A stretch of DNA of 64,000 nt from the human T2T-CHM13v2.0 reference genome, Homo sapiens, in the NCBI RefSeq assembly GCF_009914755.1, contig NC_060926.1; one strand, given 5' to 3'. Positions 14,881 through 26,234 of the stretch are shown piece by piece. The notes under the pieces are model-generated. The model was not told where the DNA came from. It worked only from the letters and a program-made list of their open reading frames with translations, and searched no databases. Numbering within the stretch: the first letter of the stretch is position 1; every line of letters begins with the position of its first letter. The position numbers were made by a program, and so were the translations under genes.

Positions 14881-15009
14881 AAAGGTATGAAACACCAAAG
14901 AGAGCGCTGAAAATGGACTCACTGTCATCTTCCTTCAGTTCTCCTAATGATCCAGATGGACAGAATGATATCTTTTGGGATCAGAATTCTCCATTGACAA
15001 AGCAGTTAG
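14881..15009 (+). CDS. ETAA1: ETAA1 coding exon 2 (ATR-activation core, DIFWDQNSP with F106/W107)
   Basis: Acceptor TTTTATATAG|, donor TTAG|GTAATT; 129 nt; encodes ERYETPKRALKMDSLSSSFSSPNDPDGQNDIFWDQNSPLTKQL; W107 TGG at 14976-14978. Confidence 0.96.
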
Positions 15010-15261
15010 GTAATTAATTATTAACATTTTTTATGTGAGTAAATATTTGATAAATGATTCAGATTTAACTAGAATTCTAGTCAGATAATAGCATCGGGAA
15101 CCTCTGAGAATGTTATATGATTTTATCTGTATAAGTATGTGATGTAAACACATAATCCTCTAAGCTGCACTAAATAAAATTACTTTCTAAGAAGTGACAG
15201 CTGTTTTTTAAAATGGAGGGTTTTTTGTTTAAAATTTATAGAAATGTCTTTGTTTCTTTAG

Positions 15262-15338
15262 GTAAAGGAAGAAAAAAACAGATTTACACCACAGATAGTG
15301 ATGAGATTTCACATATTGTTAATCGTATTGCTCCTCAG
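15262..15338 (+). CDS. ETAA1: ETAA1 coding exon 3
   Basis: Acceptor TTTCTTTAG|, donor CAG|GTAAAT; 77 nt; GKGRKKQIYTTDSDEISHIVNRIAPQ. Confidence 0.95.
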
Positions 15339-16046
15339 GTAAATATCACTAGTTTTACAGTTTGTTTTAAAACAGTGAAGAATGTGCCACTAAGTTTTTG
15401 TAGTTTCTTTAAATGAAAAGTATTGTCTATTATAATTCTTTTTTCCAAAAATAAGGCAGCAAAGATTACTGTTTTGCCTTTTCTACTTTTGAAATACATA
15501 TTTTGAAAAAAGGAATATAATATAAAATACAAGATATTTTCTTAAGTATATATCTTGTTTTAATTTTTTAGAGTAATTTTTGACTAGGGCATTGTGTTTA
15601 TCTGTAATGTTGTGCTTAACAACATACAACATTTTTCAAGTTGCTAAAATAATAGAATAAGGCAGTGAAAAAAGTTTATACTTCTATGATTGTTTTGTGA
15701 TTGGTACTTCCTGTCTGTAACATTTCCCCATTGAAACTATTAATACTCATTTCCTTATAAGATTATCAAGAAACACTTACAAAAGTGGAGAGCACTGAAT
15801 TCAAATTTAGTCCTCATTCAACCTCCTATGCTGTGTGACCCAGTGCAAGTTATTTAAACTCCCACCACTTCAGTTCATTCAGCCATGAACTAGAATTATT
15901 GTGTTGCTCTTGCTGTCTTCATTGGATCATTATGAGAATTAAACTAGATAAAAATTCTTTGTAAACTATAGAGTGCTATAATTGTAAGGTTACGTTAAGG
16001 TTGTTACTGTAATAGAACCATCTCCAAAGCTTTTTTTTCTTTTCTT

Positions 16047-16152
16047 GGACAGGCATGGTGACTCATTCCTGTAATCTCAGCATTTTGGGAGGAAGGCTGA
16101 GGCAGGAAGATTGCTTGAGGCCAGGAGTTTAAGACCCTGTCTCTTAAAAAAA
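16047..16152 (+). mobile_element. Alu monomer (FLAM/AluJ fragment) in intron 3
   Basis: GGACAGGCATGGTGACTCATTCCTGTAATCTCAGCATTTTGGGAGG...GAGGCCAGGAGTTTAAGACC. Confidence 0.8.
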
Positions 16153-18570
16153 ATTTTTTTTTGAGTGTTTCGTTTCTTTTTTTCATTTCTGTTCTTTTAT
16201 TGTTTGAGTGAAATAGAAATATGTTCAAGTCAATCATTTGACACAAAGCAATCCAGTAACTCTAATATTATAATTACTAAGAAGCAAAGGCTCAATACGT
16301 GAAACTGTTCTGAACTTCTTTACTTTTTGTTCTCTTTTTCTTATTTAACATTTAAATCCAGAGAACATTTTTGCTTAGTGTCTTCTCTGAAGGAAGTATG
16401 CCATTTTTCCTTAACCTGCGCTTGAATAGTTACTATATGTTGACCATAAACAATAGATGGCACTGGCCCAAAACATGGTTTGAAGAATTACTGTCACCCA
16501 GGTGGAAGAGACAGAAAATGAAGTTTTTCTTAGCAGCTATAAAATATCCAAAATTACACCTAGCACAGTCAAAACAACTCTGTTGCTACTAGCTCTACAT
16601 TCCATTTTTAGCATGTCATAGAAATTCATTTTACTTACAGTTAATTAGTTAAATAGCATTTATGCCATAATAGTACTTACTCTATAAGTTAACAATAGAT
16701 CTTCATTAATTGTGGGTTTCACATGAAAGAAGCATAATAAAATGTGTTTGGGTGGGCCAGTCTAAATAGTGATAAAAAGATAGTTGTGAATAAATTATTG
16801 GACTCTTTACCTAAGTGGGCTAGAAATAATAGCTCATATAAAGAAATGACAACAGTACGCAAGTGGTAACTTGTATAAAAGAAAAAAATATAGTGAAATT
16901 AGTAGCTTTAAAATGTTACCCTCTTAAACTGAGTACTTTTAAAGCATATAAATCTTTAGCAGTTTCAAGGTCTGTTTGAAAGCTTGTCATGTTCTCAGAA
17001 TGACAAATACTTATATTGTTTATTTTTAGGTGAGTCATTCTCAAATCATTTAGTTTTAACATTTTCAGAGATAGCATTTTTTTAAATATGCGCTTTTATT
17101 TTGGTTGGACAGTCAGTTCACTTTTTGCAGGGATACTTTTATACAATGTTGTTTATTTGAAGATGGTATATATCTTCATTTATACAGCTTTGCACAGTAT
17201 ACTTTTTATAATGAAATGAAGTAATTCATTTAGATACCTTATACAGCACCTGGATTATGGTTGAAAATCAATAAATTATGTAATTATTCATGAAGAAATA
17301 TGTAATAACATGTATAAATAGTATACAAACATACATAGGACCCATGTATATGTAAAGTTGGGTACATAAAGTCATAATTTAGTTCTCTGAAAATTGAATG
17401 AATTTAAAATTACTTTTGTAAATGGCAGAGTTCATAATTAAGACTATGATTGTCTTTAAATTCAAGATTGTTGAAATAAAAGGGAAAATATATTGAGTCT
17501 GAAAGTGAAATTACTGATTTTCTTGAGTATTTGCAAAGCTAAAGGCAACTAGGTTCAAGTTGACATTAAGAAAACTTTTTTGATTCATTGAGGATTTGAA
17601 GTACCAAACTGTAGGGATCTTTTCACCTAAATCTTCTAGTAAATAAATGTATACTGACACTGGTATGCCCAATATTGTGCTGGATGCTGAGTTATTCTAA
17701 GAAGAGTCCTTGCCTTTGAGTAGCCTATAATCTAGTAGTAAAATTATTTTTTAAATTGTGTGATATTTATGTTCATTCTAGGTACTATAAAATAGAGTGA
17801 AAATGGTTACTTGATTTGATTTGTTGGTTTGGTTTGCAATTAATGCCTAAAGCTCATTCTGTAATTTTTTTGTGTGATCAAGTGACTGAAAGGTACAGCA
17901 AAAGTATCCAGGTCTAAAATGCCTTTTTTCTGTATATTATCTGGGCTAAACTTTTCTGTTTTCTCTATTTTTTTATTCTTATTCCTGTCTCATTCTTAGC
18001 ATCAGTTCTAACCTTGCTCTTATCTCTTAATTCATTCCTGATCTTAATTCTGAGTGTTCTTAATTTAGGTCAACATGGATTGTCCAACTTTAGATAAAGA
18101 TTATAATAAGGATAAAGAAAATTTGGAGAAACAGATGATACAGAAAGAATTCCATATGTATCTCCTCTCAATTCTGATGATTTCTGCCACACAGTTTCTG
18201 ACACTAATGTTTTTATAAGTATCTTAGGACAATTAAAATGTCAATTTTCTTTTGATAAAAACATGCTTCTGTTATTAAATGTACATTTGATAAATTTAAT
18301 TCTTAAAACAATATTTTTTTAAAATAAGCAATTTGTAATTCTGAATGTTTTCATTCTCTGAAACATAAGTGGATCAATTATTGTAGCTTATTATTGCTAT
18401 CTCCCAACTTCCTATTGTTTTTGAGTTTGGTAAGTGTTACCTCACCAGAATTTAGGAAATTAATTCAAAATCATTAGTTTTTATTGTCTTTTTTCTTTCT
18501 TTTGTTTTTTTGGAAGACGGGGGATGCTACACTGGTACTTTATACCTCTTTTTTTCCCTATCTGCCAAAG

Positions 18571-18683
18571 GATGAAAAACCAACAACAAATTCTATGCTG
18601 GACATGTGGATTGGTGAAACTGCTATTCCTTGTACTCCCAGTGTAGCAAAAGGAAAATCAAGAGCAAAAATCAGCTGCACAAA
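18571..18683 (+). CDS. ETAA1: ETAA1 coding exon 4
   Basis: Acceptor pyrimidine tract ...CCAAAG|, donor AA|GTAAGT; 113 nt; DEKPTTNSMLDMWIGETAIPCTPSVAKGKSRAKISCT. Confidence 0.95.
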
Positions 18684-18933
18684 GTAAGTTAAGACTTTTC
18701 AGCTTTTCTGAAATTCAGTGAAGCAAATATTTTTTGATAATACTCCATTTTGGTTTTGTGAATATATCAAAATTTTTGTTAATAAAATTTCCACAGTTTT
18801 GATCTATCAAATTTTGGAGTTAAAATAATTATAACTGTTAAAATCTTAGAGCTTTAACATCAAAATATGTTAAATAACAGTTGGATATAATGTTTCAGAA
18901 CATTTTTAGTTATTTTTTAATCTTGTTTAATAG

Positions 18934-21044
18934 GTTAAAAACACAAAGTCAAGAAGAAGAACTTATGAAACTGGCTAAACAATTTGATAAAAATATGGAA
19001 GAGCTAGATGTGATTCAAGAGCAAAACAAGAGGAATTATGATTTTACCCAGATGATTTCAGAAACAGAGATTTTAAGTAATTATAAAGATAATATACAGA
19101 TGTGGTCATTACATAATATAGTTCCCGAAATAGATAATGCTACAAAAAAGCCAATCAAAGGAAACACCAAGATATCTGTGGCAAATAATCAAAATAGCAG
19201 TCAGAAGCCATTTGACCAAATTGCTGAAGCAGCCTTTAATGCTATTTTTGATGGTTCTACTCAGAAATGTAGCGGACAGTTAAGCCAAGAACTGCCAGAG
19301 GCTTTTTGGAGCACCAGTAATACTACCTTTGTAAAGACAAATGCTTTGAAAGAGGAGAAAATCATTACTAATGAAACTCTGGTCATTGAAAAACTGTCAA
19401 ATAAAACCCCACGATCACTTTCTTCTCAAGTAGATACACCCATAATGACAAAATCATGTGTGACTTCCTGTACTAAGGAGCCAGAAACTTCTAATAAGTA
19501 CATTGATGCATTTACTACAAGTGATTTTGAGGATGATTGGGAAAACTTACTAGGTAATGAACCTTTTGCTATGCAAAATATCGACATGCCTGAACTCTTT
19601 CCTTCTAAAACAGCCCATGTTACTGATCAAAAGGAAATTTGTACCTTTAATAGTAAAACTGTTAAAAATACGTCAAGAGCAAATACAAGTCCAGATGCCA
19701 GGTTAGGAGATTCAAAAGTATTACAAGATCTTTCTTCAAAGACATATGACAGAGAATTAATAGATGCAGAATATAGATTTTCACCAAATTCAAATAAATC
19801 AAACAAATTATCCACTGGAAATAAAATGAAATTTGAGAACTCTTCCAATAAAATTGTTATTCAAGACGAAATTCAAAATTGTATAGTTACATCTAATCTG
19901 ACAAAAATAAAGGAAGATATTCTTACTAACTCTACTGAAGCTTCTGAAAGGAAGTCAGCTTTGAACACAAGGTATTCTAATGAACAGAAAAATAAGTGCA
20001 TTTTAAATCAGTCTATTAAAGCCCCTGTTAATACTGATCTTTTTGGCTCTGCAAATCTAGGCAGTAAAACCAGTGTTAGTAACCCAAATCAGACTAGTGC
20101 ATCAAAAGTAGGTTCTTTCTTTGATGATTGGAATGATCCCTCATTTGCCAATGAAATTATTAAAGCATGTCATCAATTAGATAATACCTGGGAAGCAGAT
20201 GATGTAGATGATGATTTGTTGTACCAAGCATGTGATGATATTGAAAGACTAACTCAGCAACAAGACATTAGAAAGGACAGTAAGACATCAGAAAGTATAT
20301 GTGAGATCAATAATAATTCCGAACATGGAGCCAAACTAACTCAGCAACAAGACATTAGAAAGGACAGTAAGACATCAGAAAGTATATGTGAGATCAATAA
20401 TAATTCCAAACATGGAGCCAAAAACATGTTTGCTATATCTAAACAAGGAAGTAATTTGGTACAATCAAAGCATTTGAATCCAGGCAGCATTTCAGTGCAG
20501 ACATCTTTGACAAATAGCTCACAAATAGATAAGCCAATGAAGATGGAGAAAGGGGAAATGTATGGAAATTCTCCAAGATTTTTAGGTGCCACAAATTTGA
20601 CTATGTATTCTAAGATCTCAAACTGTCAGATAAATAATCTGCATGTGTCTTATACTAACACTGATGTTCCAATACAAGTGAATAGTTCCAAATTGGTTCT
20701 TTCAGGAAGTTCAAGTTTGAATGTAACTTCAGATCATATGAATACAGAAATTACTACTTATAAGAAGAAATTGAGTACTAATCAGCCATGCCATAAGACT
20801 GTAACAGATGAAGCTCAGAGCAACCTTAACACAACAGTTGGATTTTCAAAGTTTACATTTACAAGGATGAAAAATTCTCAGATTCTTTCTCAGTTTAATC
20901 AAAATTGTATAACTGGAAGTATGTCTGATACCAAAATTACACAGGGTGTGGAGAAAAAGAAAGGTGTCAACCCATTACTGGAGGAAGCTGTTGGACAGCA
21001 ATCTTTGGTGAAACTTTCTGAATCTTTGAAACAATCTTCAAAAG
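18934..21044 (+). CDS. ETAA1: ETAA1 coding exon 5 (2111 nt; coiled coil around F198, RPA-binding motif 1 DDVDDDLLYQACDDIE)
   Basis: Bulk of the 726-aa ORF 18881-21061; acceptor TTTAATAG|, donor AAAG|GTATGT; phases consistent with exons 4 and 6. Confidence 0.96.
20249..20422 (+). repeat. in-frame 87-bp x2 tandem duplication (29 aa) in exon 5
   Basis: Copies 20249-20335 and 20336-20422 differ at one base (G20321 vs A20408). Confidence 0.97.
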
Positions 21045-21589
21045 GTATGTATGAAATATGAAATAGTTTTCTTTGAAAAGCATCTTAAAAAGTAGTAAAA
21101 TAATTATTTGTTGTTTTTGAGTGTGAGTAATGTATAAGGTAAAACTATTCTATGACTAGTTAATTTTAAGAATTAACTAGAATTCTTAAAATGATACTTG
21201 GAAATAATTATACGGCATTATACAGAGTAGTTGGTTTATTTTTCAAAATATTACATTGAATTCTTTCCCAGCACTTAATACAATGACTGGCATATAGTAG
21301 GTACTCAGTAAATATTTTTTGAATAACTTATTCTTTCTTGGAAAATCATACCTTTAGATATATGTATTATAGTGTTCATTAAGATTGTATTTACTAAATT
21401 GTTTTAAAACTTGAGTAATCTGGGAAGCAGATGATGAAGCAGTGAGGTAAATAATATTTAGAAATTTAGAGCATTCTAATTAAACGTCTTTACTAGTGTG
21501 ATATTTGATATAAACGTGCTAGCGGTGATGGTTAAAATTATGATTTACTTATTTGATAACAGCTATCATTTCTGATTCTTCCAATTTCT

Positions 21590-22170
21590 CTTTTCCCCAA
21601 GTCTCCATTCTATCAATAAGTTTCATTCTTTCAAAAACCGTATCCCCAAACTCCATTTTTCTTTCTACAACAAGTTAACATTTCTTGATGAGACTACTGC
21701 AGTTCTTTTATCTATCTCCTTTCAATTCTTATCTCCAAACAGTGGAATAGCCTTTTAAAATTGGATGGGCAAAAATGGCGTTTCTATGCTTAAAACAACC
21801 TTCAATGGCTGCCCGTCATATTTCAAATAAAATCCAAACTGTATACTGTGACCAACAAAGCTGTGGATTATCTCTCTTTAACCTGCGTCTCCTCTTTTTT
21901 CCTTACCTACTAAGCTTCAGCTATACCAGCTATCTTTTAGTTTTTCAAACAGTGTATGTTTTTCTTCCTTGTCCAGGAACTTAGACCGTGCTCTTCCCTT
22001 TGACTAAAACTACTTCTTTTCAACATGTGACCCCTTCCCCACTCTTTTGTTGGTGCTTTCTTACATCTCAGTATAAGTACTACTTTCTCACAGAGGCCTT
22101 CCTTGAAGAGTCTATAAATAGATCTCCTTGTTTATTTTTTATTTCCTAATTGCTTTCATCACAAGTTGAA
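21590..22170 (-). mobile_element. L2 LINE fragment
   Basis: CTGCTTAAAACC-like CTATGCTTAAAACAACCTTCAATGGCT, AATAAAATCCAAACT, CTCACAGAGGCCTTCCTTGA typical of the L2 3' region. Confidence 0.55.
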
Positions 22171-22858
22171 ATTAAATATTTAGTGACTCTTCTCTGTCTT
22201 GTTGGCATTACTGTTCCAACTTTCCTATCTAAGTGACTTTTTTTAAAAATTTACAATAGTAATATGCTAGTTATTTAAAAAGAAAAGTAAAACAGTATAG
22301 AATAATTTAAAGGAAAAAGTTAAGTCTTCTGTTTCTCCTTTCTGATAACCATCCCTTACGGAAAACCACTATTAATAGTTGGTATGATGTAGCATTTTCT
22401 ATGAATATAAAAAGATATGTGTGTGTGTATGTACGTATATATGTGTATGCATATATATATACCTATAGATCTATTTAAATATTAATAAATCTGTATACCC
22501 ACTATTTGGCAACTTGCTTTTGCCTTAATATATTATAGCTGTCTTTTCCTATTAGTACATATAAATTTATTTTAGTCCTATTAATGACTATGTGATATAT
22601 ATGGTGGATGTATCATAATTTAACTGTTTCTCTGTGATGGAAGTTTGGGTTGGTTGCAGTCTTTTGCAATTACAAACAATACTCCAGTAAATATCCTTCT
22701 GCATAAATTTCCGCATGCTTGTATAATTGTATCTGTTAATTCCTAAAAAATTGCTACAAGAGGAAGTTTTAAAATTTGATGGATACCACCAAATTTCTAT
22801 CCGAAGCAGTTATACCAATTTATCTTATCAAAACTTACAGTAAATAATTCTCTACACC

Positions 22859-23086
22859 CAAGGGTGTCCAATCTTTTGGCTTCCCTGGGCCACATTGGAA
22901 GAATTATCTTGGATCACACATAAGATACACTGACACTAACAACAGCTGATGAACTAAAAAAAAAAAAAAAAAAAATCACAAAAGAATCTCATAATGTTGT
23001 AAAAAAGTTTATGAATTTGTGTTGGGCTGCATTCAAAGCCATCCTGGGCTGCGGGTAGCTTGCGGGCTGCGGGTTGGACAAGCTTG
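22859..23086. mobile_element. MER30 (hAT-Charlie MITE)
   Basis: CAAGGGTGTCCAATCTTTTGGCTTCCCTGGGCCACATTGGAAGAA ... GGTTGGACAAGCTTG terminal inverted repeats; internal A20 run. Confidence 0.85.
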
Positions 23087-23231
23087 CTTTACATGATAGC
23101 CCAAACTAGATATTTTGAAATATTAAAAATTGTTCTCAATCTATAATAATTTTAAGTATTTAAATTTGTATTAAAGTGAGCATATTGTAACTAAATCAAG
23201 CATGTTCCTAGCATGACTTTATTTACAGATA

Positions 23232-23657
23232 GAGTTGACCCTTGAACAGTGTGGGGGTTAGAGGCGCTGATCTGATTTGCAGTCGAAAGTCTGTGTATAA
23301 CTTTTGATCCCCTAAAAACTTAACTGCTAATAGCCTGCTGTTGACCAGAAACCTTTCCGATAACATAATTAATTAATACATATTTTGTATGCTCTTATAT
23401 GTATTATATACTGTATTCTTACAATAAGCTGGAAAAGTGTTATTAAGAAAATAAGGAAGAGAAAATAATATTTACTATTCATTAAGTGAAAGTGGATCAT
23501 CATAAAGGTCTTCATCCTCATGATCTTCATGTCTAGTAGGCCGAGAAGGAAGAAGAGTAGGAGTTGGTCTTGCTGTCTCAGGGGTGTCAGATGCAGAAAA
23601 CAACCTACAAATGAGTGGACTTGCCAGTTCAAGCCCATGTTGTTCAAGGGTCAACTA
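23232..23657. mobile_element. Tigger2-derived MITE (Tigger2a/MER28-like)
   Basis: TIRs AGTTGACCCTTGAACA ... TGTTCAAGGGTCAACT flanked by TA. Confidence 0.85.
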
Positions 23658-23938
23658 TAGTTATAATTCTATAAAAGACTAAACCTCCTGGAGTATTTGA
23701 GTTTTCCCAAAACTCCTATCTACCAATCTATCTGCATTTTTTATGGATAATCTGCGTTTTAGCTTACCTTATCAATATTTTCTTTAAACTTATTGATAGT
23801 ACTGAATCTCTTAATTACTATTAACTTTGTTGATGTTTTCTATTGTTTCTACTTCCTTTTACTTTGGTATGTAGCAAGCTGCTCTCCAGGGAAGTATCTC
23901 TGAAACAAAACTCACTTAACTCCCACATTTATTTCAGG

Positions 23939-24269
23939 CAGGAGTTGGCAAACTATGATCTGTCCAAATCCAGCCTGCAGCTTGTTTATGTATAGCCAGC
24001 ACACTAAAAATGATTTTTACATTTTAAATGGTTGGAAAAAAATTAAAAGGAGAATAATATTTCATGACATTTGAAAATTATATGAAATCCAGATTTCATT
24101 GTCCATAAACAGGTTTTATTTGAATACAGCTCATCAGTTATTTATACATTATCCATAACTATTTTTGCTACAGTGGTACAGGTGAGCAGTTGCAACAAGA
24201 TACTCAAAGGTTAACATTCTTGCTTTCTGACTCTTTCTTTACAGGAAAAAAAAAAATTACTGACCCTTG
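23939..24269. mobile_element. MER58-type hAT MITE
   Basis: CAGGAGTTGGCAAACTATG...CCAAATCCAGCCTGCAGCTTGTT ... TGACCCTTG. Confidence 0.75.
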
Positions 24270-25618
24270 CACTGTAAGATCAAGATTAAGAAGAGCAGCT
24301 TTTGCTTAGTACTTTACAATATTTTAAGACTTCATTGTGTATTTTTATTATAGATTGAGTTAAAGGAAAGACTGATGGGAAAAATGGATGAGTCCCTAAA
24401 TCAAATTTTCATGGTGTGACCTGATTATCATTTGAAATTATTTTCTGTAATATTGCCAAGCAAATTGTAAGACCAACTTTAGGAAGTTATGTTTTCTGCT
24501 GTTACAGATTATTAACCTGTTTTCTTTCCACACAGTCAAATTCAGTGTAAAGTCTTTGGATGTGTAGTCTGAGTTTGTTGTGTTTCTCAGCTTTGAGACT
24601 AAAGTATTAGATAATTAGTCAAGCTAATTAGAAAGTATCTTCTGGTGTCTCTCTTTAGGAAAAAATATCTACAGTCTGTTAGGTAAATAGCTTAGGAAAT
24701 AAAAGCCATCAAAATCATCTGGGAAACTTATTTAAAATATGTATTTCTTAGCCTGAATACCCCCTCCCATTTCTGATTATACCAAGAAAGGAAAGGGAGG
24801 CAGATTATATATTTTGAAAATGCCTCTGTTAGTTAACAAGAGAAATGTCTCATAAATTGTGTATCTTTTTCTAAATGTCAGAATAAATGATATACTTAAA
24901 TATGTATTAGGGTGATAGTCTTAAACTTAAAATATCATTTAAATGAGAAAGTGATTTCTAATACAAAGCCTCAACTTACTAAGTTAATTGAGATTATTTT
25001 AAAGTTTCTCCAAAATGCATCCTCCAAATAAAAATATAATTTCTGACAGTGAATCACAGGTAACCAGTTTGACATGACAGATTTCATTTTATCACTCTAA
25101 AATATATTTCCTCAGTGGATGAAATGAAAATTTTATAGCTCTATAGGGAAAAGTAGATGTGAATATTAATATAACATCTTATGTAAATATACACTGTTTG
25201 AGATTGATAACTAATTTAATTCCTTATATTTTGACTATTTTCCAATTAAAGTTTACATAACATTTTAAATCCCAATGTATCCTTTTTAAAGATATATTTA
25301 TTCGTGGGTCATATAAATTAGATGTCATTGTCCACAAGAATTATTTGGTGGGTAGTCAGTTTTCTATCAAACTGAATTTTATCACACTGTGAAAAGAATG
25401 TATCAAATAGAGACAGATCCATCAGTGCTTGATTTTCTTTTGAACTGGAGCATTATATCTGTATTATGTACTTAGAATTTTATATTCAGTAGTTTAGTTT
25501 GATTTAATAGCCAACTAATATGGCAAATCTGGGTGATTAAAAAAAGCAAAAATTAAAGCACATATTGAATGACTTTATAGGCTATAAAAGTAAAACTCAT
25601 CTTTTGTTGAATTTTTAG

Positions 25619-25746
25619 AGGAAGAAGAGAAAAATAGAAAGTGTTCTCCTGAAGAAATTCAGAGAAAAAGACAAGAAGCACTGGTTCGGAGAATGGCTAA
25701 AGCACGAGCCTCATCTGTAAATGCAGCTCCCACTTCATTTCTTTAA
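25619..25746 (+). CDS. ETAA1: ETAA1 coding exon 6 (RPA32C-binding motif 2, EEIQRKRQEALVRR) and stop
   Basis: Acceptor ATTTTTAG|; EEEEKNRKCSPEEIQRKRQEALVRRMAKARASSVNAAPTSFL-TAA; joined CDS is 2781 nt = 926 aa + stop. Confidence 0.96.
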
Positions 25747-25877
25747 TGAAATATTAGTTGGAAGACTTCACAAAGACTGCTGATAACTATCTGTGATTGA
25801 TAGGAAATTTTTTTTCTTGATTTCTCTGTGAGAAATGTAATGCTGACTTTTATAAAGCCTGGACTTCTACTTTATTT

Positions 25878-26234
25878 AATAAATCAATGTTTGCAATGGT
25901 AAATGAAACATTTCCTTGGACATGTATTTGAAAGTCATTAAATACAAAAGTTTTGGAAATTCAGGAAAGTTAGCAATTATGTACGGATATTATACAGAGG
26001 AAAGTAGTTATATTTTTAAATGCTATTATTGCAGAGGATCATCAAAAAAGAGGTAATCTACGTTATTTCCTATTCTAATGTCTTTTCCTAATAAAAAACT
26101 TCTTCAACTTTCTAAGTTAGTAGAGACTGTTTTTGTAGTTTTACTTTCATTAACTGTTGCTTAAGGTTTTTATACACTTCCAGATTTTAATTAATACTTT
26201 CATATTTCTAGGAACATGGTTGATATGAAATAAA
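25878..26234 (+). terminator. ETAA1: candidate ETAA1 polyadenylation signals
   Basis: AATAAA at 25878-25883, 26090-26095, 26229-26234 and ATTAAA at 25937-25942; U-rich tracts downstream of 26095. Confidence 0.6.

Noticed and set aside
20249-20422. CRISPR-like array or assembly artefact
   Set aside because: Two abutting copies without spacers in a eukaryotic exon; the joined CDS gives the 926-aa length recalled for human ETAA1, which requires both copies
18881-21061. 726-aa ORF as a stand-alone single-exon gene
   Set aside because: It is ETAA1 exon 5 plus intronic overhang at both ends; splice sites and phases join it to exons 4 and 6
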